Origin: Lytechinus pictus
Taxonomy: Eukaryota
Assembly: GCF_037042905.1 (NCBI RefSeq)
Contig: NC_087246.1
Coordinates: 4,528,001 to 4,592,000, forward strand
Reading direction: 5' to 3'
Length of the DNA stretch: 64,000 bases
Below, piece after piece: positions 12,366 through 23,888 of the stretch. The position numbers and the translations under genes are program-made. The notes beneath the pieces were generated by a model. It did not search any database. It saw nothing but the letters and a program-made list of their open reading frames with translations, and was not told the origin of the DNA. Positions within the stretch are counted from its first letter, which is position 1. Each line of letters opens with the position of its first letter.

Positions 12366-13029
12366 AATCGTGAAAGTGGGAACTAGGTATAAGCATTTGA
12401 TATTGCCAACTGCGATATTATTATCTTCCCCTCTGAACCAGTGCATGCTGAATCAAGCCATTTGCCCGATATAACGAGCACCCTCTACGTTTCTCACAGT
12501 AGAGGGTTGCTGGTCTTTGATTTCTGTCAATATGTAACAAGTCTTCAATGTCCAATGAAATCCAACACAACTTTTACCAAGGGAACCTCGATGACTTTCA
12601 GAATTAAGTCAAATAATTGATATTTCAATACGAGATATGGGAAGGCTTATACCAATCCCTATTTTGTAGGCCTTTGTTATACACAATTTTTTTTAACTTA
12701 TCATATTTGTCGATGCTATAGAAGTTAGAAGCTCTCAAATCACCAATTGAAGGAAAACAAAAAATTCCATAAACAAACAATTATTATGAATTACCTGAAA
12801 TGTACCAAATATACCATAATTTATGTGCCAATGTTTAATTTTGGATAATCAGGAGATATTCTTTCCTGTTTTTTGTTTGTTTGTTTTTTTTTTACCAAGG
12901 GAACCTCGATGACTTTCAGAATGAATAAATATTCTTTACTGTGATGTAAAGTACGATTCTGCGCCAAATTAATGCAGCATGGCTGTAACGAATTAATCCA
13001 GATGCAAAGGATGTTCTATAGGCCTAGAC

Positions 13030-13364
13030 ATATACATGATGAGTTGCAGTAAATGTCTTCATAAACCCCTTTTCAATGAAATTAACTTGAAATTTGATAC
13101 TTAAAAGTGTTAATTAAAAAATTGTCATGTTGATTATTAAAAAGGTATTTTGCTATGCCTTACTTTTGCGCAAATCAAAATTTACATCAAGGCAAAATGC
13201 CTACTGATTTTTCAAGCGTAAACCTATACTACATGAATATGGTATCAAAAAAATGTTGGGATGGAAATACTCTTTCGGGCCATAAATTATAAATATGTAG
13301 TCATGACAAATCCTTTCCTTAGATTGGTGATTTGTGTGGTGTAATTTTTTTTTCTGACTCACAC
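13030..13364. mobile_element. Partial copy of the element at 42304-42812
   Basis: Shares TGCCTTACTTT.GCGCAAATCAAAAT.TACATC, ATATGGTATCAAA and the terminal GATTTGTG.GGTGT.ATTTTTTTT..ACTCACACG. Confidence 0.65.
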
Positions 13365-15157
13365 GGCATTTGGTTATTTATTCGTTATTGGTTGTTACTG
13401 GAATAATTTAGTTTCCTCCTGATACTTAATTAAGACCTTTTACTGAGAAAATTAAAACAATTTTTAACACTTTAAAATGTCAGAAAAAAAATATATAATG
13501 TGATTACCGTTTGAACCTGATCGATTATTCTATTTACAGCAATTAAAACAATTTATTTTTAGATATTATCCGTTAGTAACACAACCAACAAGGGCCACTC
13601 AGAGCAAAAATTGTTTTGTTACTTGATCTATGAATAAAGAAAGAAAACGGCAAATATTGTAATTTAATGTATAGGGACTGCTCTCATTTCATCATCTTCT
13701 GTATTTATCAAGTTTCTTCTCATAATGTCATTGTACAAACAAGCAAAAAATTAAACACGAAAATAAGTTAGCCTTGTATGACACATCATGATGAAGGCCT
13801 GAATACCCTAGTAATGGTAATAGTGTTTTCTCTCTCTCTCTGAGCTTCAGTGTGAATACTAAAAATACCTCACCATCACCCTACATTTGTAATTTAATAA
13901 TAGTTTGATTATAGTATTTTAAATCACTCTTTATAGTGTAACTGAAGCGTATATTTCGTGATGGAATTCCACAATGGCTCTAGGACTTAGTCATCTGGTT
14001 TATCAAACTGTTGTTTTCCTAATAACCATCTAGCGTTATGAAAGAGCGCAGCGAGCGAGGAAAACCAGCATGAAGAGAAAGTTTGTCTACAAAGTGTAAC
14101 ATGGATCTATATTTTAATCACATCGGAAAGTGTAACTTAGTCAACAACGTCATGGACCCGCGGAGGTCTATCAATGCGTACCATAATCATTTCGTTCTTC
14201 CATTAGTATTTGACAATCTCGATTGCCGTCCGAAATCACAATTTTTACCACAAGCGACCGACCGCTGACTAATGCACGTTACTCCAGTAATTATGTAAGT
14301 AAAAATATATATAGGACTAACTAGCAGTTTAAAAGAATTAACATGTATTCAAATTCAACTTCGTTATAAATATGAAAAGTATACCAAAAAATATAACCGA
14401 TACTGGGTAAGAAACACTGCGAGAGAACAAAACGAACGAACACTGTTATGGATTTTTTTTTTTATATTCTTGTCGGCAAATTTGCGACACTCCTTTGTTA
14501 AAAAAGAGAGAAAATGTGAGAGAGATCAAGGAAAGAATATGATACATGACAGGAGTTTCATTAAATCAAAGTAAAAGACACGGAGAAAAGAAAGAAGACC
14601 TAAATGACCTTAGCTTTTAGTCTTTCTCCTTTTTTTTCTTTCCCCATCTTTTATCCCCCCACCCCCCCCCCCCCCCTCCTTCTACAGCCGTCCTCTCTTT
14701 TCCCTTCATTTGTTGACATCGGCATTTACGACTTGCCGAAAAAAAAAATGATTAGGAGATGTCACCCCCACCTCTAGGGACACCCCTGAAAGCGACAAGA
14801 ATAAGAAACGGAAAGAGATATATTCCATGGTTTGACCAATTGACCACAGTTCATGAATATTCATATCCCTTTTGATATGAACGAGATCAGATGAATGAAA
14901 GTGGGTGTGTATTTCGTCGTATTTATGTGCAGTGAAGCGAGGCGCATGCCGAGAAAGCGCCACTCACATTCAAATGGTACGAAGCACAACCCTATTTAGA
15001 TCGACCGTTCGAATAAACATTACATTGAGTCGGTTCAGTCGTAGCCTGGCGTCGCGGCGTGAAGAACACACAAAGAGCTAGCTGTTCGACGATTATAACT
15101 TTATCCTTGTGAAGACCGGTTCTTTGGAAGAAAGTGTGAAATTAATCATCAGCAACC

Positions 15158-15280
15158 ATGAGTACGGCAGCACCTACTACTGTCAATCCTGATGACAGTA
15201 ATGATATCGCCGTACTGAATTGGGTGGACATTGTCGTGATCGTCGCCTACTTCGTTTTCGTCATGTTGGTCGGCGTATGG
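15158..15280 (+). CDS. SLC5A: SLC5A exon 1
   Basis: ACCATG start; ...[24 protein letters not shown]. Confidence 0.9.
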
Positions 15281-18200
15281 GTAAGTTCTTGCATCACTGG
15301 TGGTAAAATACCCCCCACCCACACACACACCTTTCATTATTGTCATATTTTGAGTAAATATTATCACTGTAAATGTGTATCATTAGGCCTATCGGGTTTA
15401 AGGACAGGCGTCATCGAGATATACGGTATGTCAGGGGCTAGGGGCAGAACTTTGGCATTATCATGATCACCACGAGGAGGACATGACCCAAGGTTCGAAC
15501 CATGTACCAATCAGCTAATTATCTCAGCTAATATCTTCATCTTTGAGATTTGTCGCAGGTTGCAAATTTTTCACATTCTTTATATTAGAATCAATGATAT
15601 ATAAACCATCAGCCAATAGTGCAGTCATTTTTGTAGTTCATTTTTGTTCCCTTTCATTTTTTCTGGGGTATATTATGATGAATAATCGTTTAATGATGAT
15701 TACTATTCTCCATTGATGAGGGAATCATTGTAAGTTCAGGATGTATTATTTGGCTTGAAAGAAAACTGAGGTTACGCATTCAAACGTTAACAATACGATG
15801 TATATATTTTTGAAATATCTGAAACAGAACGAAAAGCCAAAGAACGCGGCTGATTGGTTCGGTAAATATGCGGGTGATAAAATATTCCAAGTCGCATAAG
15901 CCTAATTACAATTCCACCATCAGCTAAGATATTTGAATACTCATAATGGCATTCATATTCAATTCGACAATGAAACACAGTACAGAGCTGATTAAATCAC
16001 AACCTATATGTTTAGCTATGATTGTATTCACACATTGAGAGAACGACGTCAGCAAATATGTAATACATAATTATTTGTGATTGAAATGTTGAAAAAACGA
16101 AATGTTTAGAAAACAATTATGTGAAATGTAGAATTCGTTTTCTTTGGCTTATACACTAAAGTTTATTAAATTGTTCTCTCGGTATAAAAATAACGCACAA
16201 TGATCCATGCTATTATTCTGCTGTCTCTATGAACGGCAAAAAAAAATGGATTTGTGAATACCGGCCGCTCAATCTATTGAATATCTGTAAAGGAGTGCTT
16301 TAGAAGAAGAAAAAACATAACCCTGTTTGAAACTGGTCTTGCATGCTCAGTGAGTTTTCATTTGCGTGCTGTAGCCACCAGCCGTGCTTTATATCTTTTA
16401 TTATCAATATAGCTGGTCTTTTTGTACAAAGTAAATGGCTGCCTCGCATGGCCTTTTTCATATCCAGTAAAAATAATTGACAACGAATCGACGTCCCAAG
16501 GAAAAATCTCCTTGGCAACATGAAGCGTCCGGATAAAGTTATTATTTGGCGATAGCATACATTGATAAATTATTGATCATGATACCGCTACTTGAATATG
16601 TATGACTTTGTAATGCTTTTGCTATGCTGATCAGTTACTGGAACTGCAGAATCATACAAGATAACACTAATAATGGGAACAATGAAGTTAATAATGATAA
16701 TAGTAATTCAAAGGGCTGAAAATAATTACATGTAAATAATTATAGTAAAACTCACCGAGCAAAACTCTCAAAATTAATCAAAATCTGATAATAAATAACA
16801 AAGTTTAGCAATATGTTGTGAAAACAGTTATGTACATGTCATCACGAATATTCATTAGGTGGGCTGTTGATGTCATATCCCAACTTCCCTGTTTCTTATG
16901 TTAATACATTAAATCATAATTGTATCATATTTTCATATCCATTGAAACAAAATAATTTGCAATAACACATTAAATCAGTATAGTCAGACAATTTTTCCAT
17001 CCTTGAATGGAATAGATTAATAAATATAATTTCATATGATAAAACACAAAATAATTTGTGGGAATGTGACATCGTCAGCTTGCTCATTGCATATTCATAA
17101 ATATGATGGAGACATGCATGGAACTGTTTAATCGAAATGATGCAAAACTTTAAAATGTCATAACTTTGTTATTCTTGTCCGATTTTGATGATTTTTTCCC
17201 CAGTATTTGTTTTGTTTAATTCTACTTTATCTGTTCGGATCATATTATTTTCAGCATAAAGTACCCATGTAAGTAAGCATGATCTTAGTTTGGGTTTAAG
17301 TTCCATTTATTTTACACTCATCTTTTAAAAGTATACAAGAAATTATTCACAAAAAATAAAACAGAACATTCAATAGTAAAACACCATACAGCACATCCAA
17401 ATAAAAACATTACATTATCAGAGTGAGGGGTGAACTTGAAGGTAAATGAGACCTTATTCTGGAAGAATATGCCCGATTAAAAAAAAAAAGTCAATTAAAA
17501 CAAATTATTTAGATGAATGTTACATTTATGATTTGAATGGGAAGAGAAAACAAATTATTGTGAAACGGAGTATGCTAAAACATTTGAGTGTATAATTCAT
17601 ATCATTTTACTTCTCTATACGTGCAAGTTTTCTTTTGTTGTGAATGAAATTGCACACTGGAGCAACAATATGGGGGGGGGGTCCAAATTAAATATCGCAT
17701 TAATTGTATGAAACGGCATAAAACAGAACAGAGCGGAAAAAGAGATGAAAGTGTAAAAGAACCTGAAAAGTAATTGCGCGTAAGATTCGATTTAAATTAA
17801 TTTTTGTATTTTCTTGACCTAACATTTCATTGTGGCTGCATGTATTGTTTATTGGCGGATTGTAATTTGATGCATTTCTAGTTTCATAAGCATGGATAGA
17901 CGGCTTCAAAGTGAAATATTCAAATGAGCTCATGGAAAGAAATAGCAGCAAGTGCAAAAAAAATATTATAAAGCACGATGACATGTTATGCAATCAATAG
18001 TTATCCGATACTAAGTAAGCCTGTTGATCATATTGAAGCATGCACAATGACCTCTGTTGTACTTTTACCCGCCTGTTGTACAGTAGCGTAACAAAATAAC
18101 GAATTATCTACCTATGACAAAATATTCATGATATACAAGCTCAGTCAACATTATCGATTACAGAAGTCGAGACACGGTCGACTTAAATCAATAGATCAGT

Positions 18201-21200
18201 TCAACACAATGCTTTCTCCCATTACCAAAGAATAATGATGACCTTGGTTGTTGCAGATCAACGCATAGAGGGTATAAACTCATTCTGTTTTCTCTTGACG
18301 CCATTGTATAGAGTACCAAAGTGATGAGGTCACAAAAAAACTTTTTTGTATATCAGCATTTTTGATACCATATTTTGGTAGGGCATGATGAAGAACCCCC
18401 ACTACTAAAATTTGGTGAGAATCGGTCCATGGGGGTCTGAGATATGACTTCATGAATACATAATTAGCCCCATTGAAGTCAATGTATTATTGGCCTGGTT
18501 CTAAATGTTAGGAACCAGGCCAATAATACATTGACTTCAATGGGGCTAATTATGTATTCATGAAGTCATATCTTGGGGCCCCATGGACTGATTCTCACCA
18601 AATTTGGGCTGTGGTGTTTTTTCATCATGATCTACCAAAATATGGTTAAAAAACCGCTGAAATGCAAAAAGTGAAAATTTATGACGTCACACTTCGGTAC
18701 TCTATTGGAGTGGTGGTGGATGAGGCAAATAACTGGGGAGCATTTCATGAAAGGACTTGTCGGACGTTTTATCCGACAAGTCCCACTTTATCTGACAGTT
18801 ACTATAGTAACAGTGCCTCTCAGCCAATCAGAATCAAGGAAAGATGTCAGATCTGACAACTTGTCGGACGAAAATATTGATGAAACGGTCCCCTGGGGAG
18901 CGTTTCATGAAAGGACTTGTCAGACGTTTTATCCGACAAGTCCCATTTTATCCGACAGTTGCCATAGTAACAGTGCTTCTTAGCCAATCAACATCAAGGA
19001 AAGATGTCAGATCTGACAACTTGTCGGACAAAAATGTTGATGAAACACTCCCCAGGTCATCAGCCAATCAATCTGGCCTGTGTCATTTCATCATCACCAT
19101 GCACAAGACCAAAATTATTTGATACCACTCCCTATTTATAGATGCTGCTCCGTTGTTGTTGTTATCGACAGGGGTGTCTGAATCAAACATTTCGGAGGCT
19201 TGAGTCTTAGATCCAGCGTCTGATTTATTAAAATTCCTCACGAACAAGAGCGAGAGATGAAAACATAGCGTTCAAATATCATTATCTGTAATGGATTTTT
19301 GGGGTTATATCCATCTCCTAATAAAAGAAATGATACCCAAAAATATTGCTTAGATATCGTCATTACTGTGTCTTTATTTTCGGATCCCGCTCCCTCTCGA
19401 TACTCTTCACCGGTACACTTAGTGACTGCCACCCTTTCAATTATTTTGCCCACTCTCTGACAAAGAAACATGAACATCAATGTAAGCTTTAGAGTAAATG
19501 AATTAGTGGAAAGATAATGAATTTTTTTTCGATCTATTATACCAGGGGTTCTCAAACTTTTTCTTTGAAGGGCCAGATGAGACTCCAAATAGACCTGAAA
19601 GGGCCAGGATGAAGTGGATAATTAGAAAAAATGTGCGCGAAGCGCAAAGACCCTTGCGGTCGGGGTCCTAGATGCTCTCTTGTGCAATCTGGCCCTATTT
19701 TGGGAGCATTTAATCCAGCAAATTTATAACAGTTTCATATGGAACGCAGGCAAAATTAGAAAAGCTTTCAAAATACAGCGAGATTCAATATTAATGATAA
19801 CAAAATTGTAGTACTTTGTTAAAAGGAATCTAGATTGTACCTATACATACCTGGTATCGGGGAGACAGATAATGTCTTGAAGTATCAATATTTTTTGTAG
19901 TCAAAGTAGATTGAATAATAGAGCATGTCTGTCGTAGACTCTAACAAGGATTTCAGTCTCCTAGTCTTTTTCAATATGGGAAAAGTGACAGTCTGTCAAC
20001 AAAAAGTTGCTTGAACCTTGGCACAAAAGGTATAATTGCCAGACGAAGGCACTGGTGCAAATCTTCTCTGGTCAAGCAGGGGCTGCAGAAGCGGCGGGGG
20101 GGGGGGGGACTTCTGCCCCCCACTTTTTTCCAAAACCATGTACAAAAACGTAAAAATGACCATGATATGAATGGTTTTTTTTGCATGGCCAGCCCCCCCC
20201 CCCCCCACTTTGAAAACCGTTCCACGGCCCCTGTCAAGGTACTTCGGTATGAGTTAGTTCTTTAAAATGTTCATTGTGGAAAATGCAATTTCGCACCTGT
20301 TTGTAGATCCAAACATGGTGAGAACAGCGCTGGTCATCTAATAAGAAAGTAGATCGAACAGACAGAAAAGACTCCACTAAACTTTGTTTAAAAGTCAAAT
20401 TTATTTGACTGCCATTACTTTTATTACGGTTAGGTCTAAAAGGATACTTCATATTGTGACTTAAAAGTGATTAAAAAACCCAACAGAGTCTCGTGGGCCG
20501 GATTAAAAAGCTCCGCGGGCCGGATCCGGCCCGCGGGCCGTAGTTTGAGAACCCCTGTATTATACAGTCAATGGGTTGAAGGGAATCTGTCATATTTAGG
20601 AAGTCATCCACCATCTTTATGGGAGAAGAAAAGATGAAAAGTCGAGGATACGCCCCTTTGTGTACCATAGATATCTCCTATTTGTTCGATTGTATAAATT
20701 AAACCGTGAACTTATATTCCCTGTTTGAATAATCTGTGGTTTCCGTATTTAGGCATATATGCTATAACTATAGTGTTGAAAGAATTAATTACGTCATGCT
20801 GGTTTGTTTTTTGGATTGTGGGAGCTTTAAATCGTATTCCTATTCACCATAATGTTTTTATATAACATTGCGTTGTATCTCTACTTTGACCTATTTTTGT
20901 TTCCTTTTCTCTTTAGTTGATTTACCCTTTTCCTTTCATGAAATTTCCTTTATTCGATTGTTCTTGATTATCATTATTGGATGGGAAGATAGGGGACGGG
21001 TCTTCAACCTCTCCAATTTGAATCCGCTCTATAATGTATGAAATAATTATTCACCCTCATCGCCTCTCTCGCTCTCCCTGACACACCCACCGCACACCCA
21101 CCCACACTTTTTTTTTCTATTCCCTTCCTCCTTCCCGATCTAGATTTTCTCTGTTGGGGGAGGGGTGCGTTTTCTTTTCAATAAGTCCATATATCTTCTC

Positions 21201-23061
21201 ATTATTATAAGAAGATTAACGTTGTTATCTCAATGACGATTGCATTCGTGTAACAGGGGAATACCCTACAAAGTTTTGATCTGAAGAGACGTTTTAATTT
21301 CTGCACGTATCGTATGAGTAGTATCTCAATGTACAAAATAATAAGCACTATTGTCACGTACTTGTGAATGTATTTGTTTGTACTAACTACAATGATAGTG
21401 ATAAAAAATAGACCTTTGTGTATAGATTTTGCGCGAGAAATGTGTATAATTATAGAGTGTGATTCTTTGGCTGCAATATTGTTCGTATTTTCAGTACCTC
21501 TCCTGTGTTCTTTTCCCCATTTTTGAAATAAATACAGAGACTGCGAAATTAACTGAATCACCATCGTTGTTTTAGTAGTGTGTTACAAAGTTTTGAAGAA
21601 TTATGAGATTTTTTTAGTGATTGTTTTCATTTATTCCCACCATTTATGCATAAGCTGTAAGCTGGTAAATTCAACACAAGACTTTGTTATTTAATGATAT
21701 ATGTCGAAAAATAAGAGACAAGAACAGAGTCTTATACGGTTCCGTTTCTCGTAGCTGATTTTGCGATATCAGACAATGGACTAAATTGAAATAGCACTTG
21801 GCCCACACGTACACTCTTAGTAATTATTTATCCCTGCATAATTGTAAATTCAATATTGCAGACCCGTGTATTTTCTTTATTGTTTGCTTATTCACATTAA
21901 ATTCCATCATTTGTAAAAGAAAACCACCAAATTTGCTTCAAGAAACAGTTATGAAACTCAAATAGTATGATCCGCTTAGAAGTTGTATAAGAATGAATTT
22001 TGTATGAATGGGCAAATATTTACTTAAATCTTATATGATTGAAATCGGGAATAATGCACTGCAGCACAATCTAAACAAAAAAAAATGCTCTTGAAATTGA
22101 CCCGAGTATATCTACTTCGTTTCAGTGTTTGGTCCAAGGTTTAAAACTGTGATAAAGTAGCATACTTTTCATACAGACATTTACTTGCCCAGTTTGTGGA
22201 ATACCCTAGAGGATTTGAATGTATATTATCCTCATTGTTCTATCTGGTATAATTTACAAAGTGTCCACAATATGGACATATATAACAAGGTTATATAAAA
22301 AATGTCTCAAATACCTTCTTGTCAGTTTCATAGAAGAAAAATTATGTTACCTTCTTGTCAGTTTCATAGAAGAAGAATTATGTTACCTTGCACTCGTGGA
22401 AAGGACTAATAGGATTATACGTTTATATTTCTCCATACAGACCATGTCGTCTGTGATCTTTTTACTCATATTCTTTCTTTTATGTTTTTATCTATGGAAG
22501 TTGTATTGGGAGAGAAAACGAAAAGCATGCATCTTTTGACTGCTTTTACTTGACATTTAGAGGAGAAAACAGAATTAAAGTGAAACAGTATGTGAACCAA
22601 GGACATTCCGTGCATTCTATATCATTTTCTTTTTAAAAATATATTAGAAGCTTCAGAAAATTAGAATGAATAATCTTACATGCACTTAATAATCCGAACA
22701 AGGCATATCTCCTATTTATTATTGACGCTGTCATGGCAACCAACTTATTTTGTTAGAATGATCTCACCAGCAACCACTGTCATTTAACCATTTTCCATGC
22801 AACTGTTATGGTACAAGCTCAGTGTATTACGGGAAATGTCAGTCAAACAGTCAGACCAACAGACTCGATTCAAACACGACCTAAGGTCTGTCATTGAAAA
22901 GAAAGCAGTAGTTTTATCTCGATTGGTGCGACTAGTGTGTCTGAGCATCGCAGACATTGTAACATTAATCATTTAGGTTTTATTTTTTCAGATTCGAAGT
23001 CTTAATTCTGTTCATTTCGCATGTTATTTTTTAATAAAACAATATGCATAACACAGTCATA

Positions 23062-23136
<75 letters not shown>

Positions 23137-23849
23137 GTGTGAAGTTATACATATACTACAGCTTTGGCAACTCTTTTGTATTTAAATATTGTGTGAAAGA
23201 AATGGATGAAGAGAACAATGGTAGGCGTAGCTTAAATCAAGGTTCCCCAGAGCTATCTACCCTTTTTGGAAAAATTGGTGATGCCGAAAAAATGTCTCTG
23301 CCGGGAATCGAACCCGGGCCCCCAGCTTTGAACGCCGGTGCCTTAGTGTTTTTCCAATTTTTCCAAAAAGGGTAGATAGCTCTGGGGAACCTTGATTTAA
23401 GCTACGCCTACCATTGTTCTCTTCATCCATTTCTTTCACAATATTTAAATACAAAAGAGTTGCCAAAGCTGTAGTATATGTATAACTTCACACATTTGTA
23501 TACTTTCTCCCATACGTGTACTCTATCAAAGCAATAGCTTTGATCCAGCTGAGGCATGGCGGCTTGTCATTGTTCAAAACCCACCTTCACCCGACAAAGG
23601 AAATTATAATTGGTATGGTGTCGAAAATCTGTCTATCTGACGGTCAATTGGATCGGGGTCGCCCTAGCCACTAACCCGTCTCTGTGGTCTAGTGGTTAAG
23701 GCACCGGCGTTCAAAGCTGGGGGCCCGGGTTCGATTCCCGGCAGAGACATTTTTTCGGCATCACCAATTTTTCCAAAAAGGGTAGATAGCTCTGGGGAAC
23801 CTTGATTTAAGCTACGCCTACCATTGTTCTCTTCATCCATTTCTTTCAC

Positions 23850-23888
<39 letters not shown>

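Larger units (their letters stand above)
23066..23885. mobile_element. tRNA-bearing repeat: inverted partial unit plus ~1.2 direct units of 410 bp, flanked by (TA)n
   Basis: 23354-~23443 recurs at 23764-23856. 23133-23345 is the reverse complement of unit sequence. (TA)n at 23066-23133 and 23853-23885. Confidence 0.85.

Noticed and set aside
11958..12446. RSYQ-repeat ORFs
   Set aside because: Product of the 20-bp minisatellite.
23540..23660. SECIS or hammerhead ribozyme in the tRNA-bearing unit
   Set aside because: The minus-strand GTGAA-stem-AAC lacks the 3' GA of the SECIS quartet. No CTGANGA...GAAA core with proper stems was found on either strand by eye.
23678..23749. Annotation as tRNA-Sec or a mitochondrial tRNA-Trp(UCA) insertion
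   Set aside because: No long variable arm or extended stems. It is GC-rich with nuclear-type A/B boxes and has no mitochondrial flanking sequence.
23061..23849. Three ORFs sharing [20 protein letters not shown]
   Set aside because: The similarity comes from the DNA repeat; they overlap the tRNA antisense and show no coding hallmarks.
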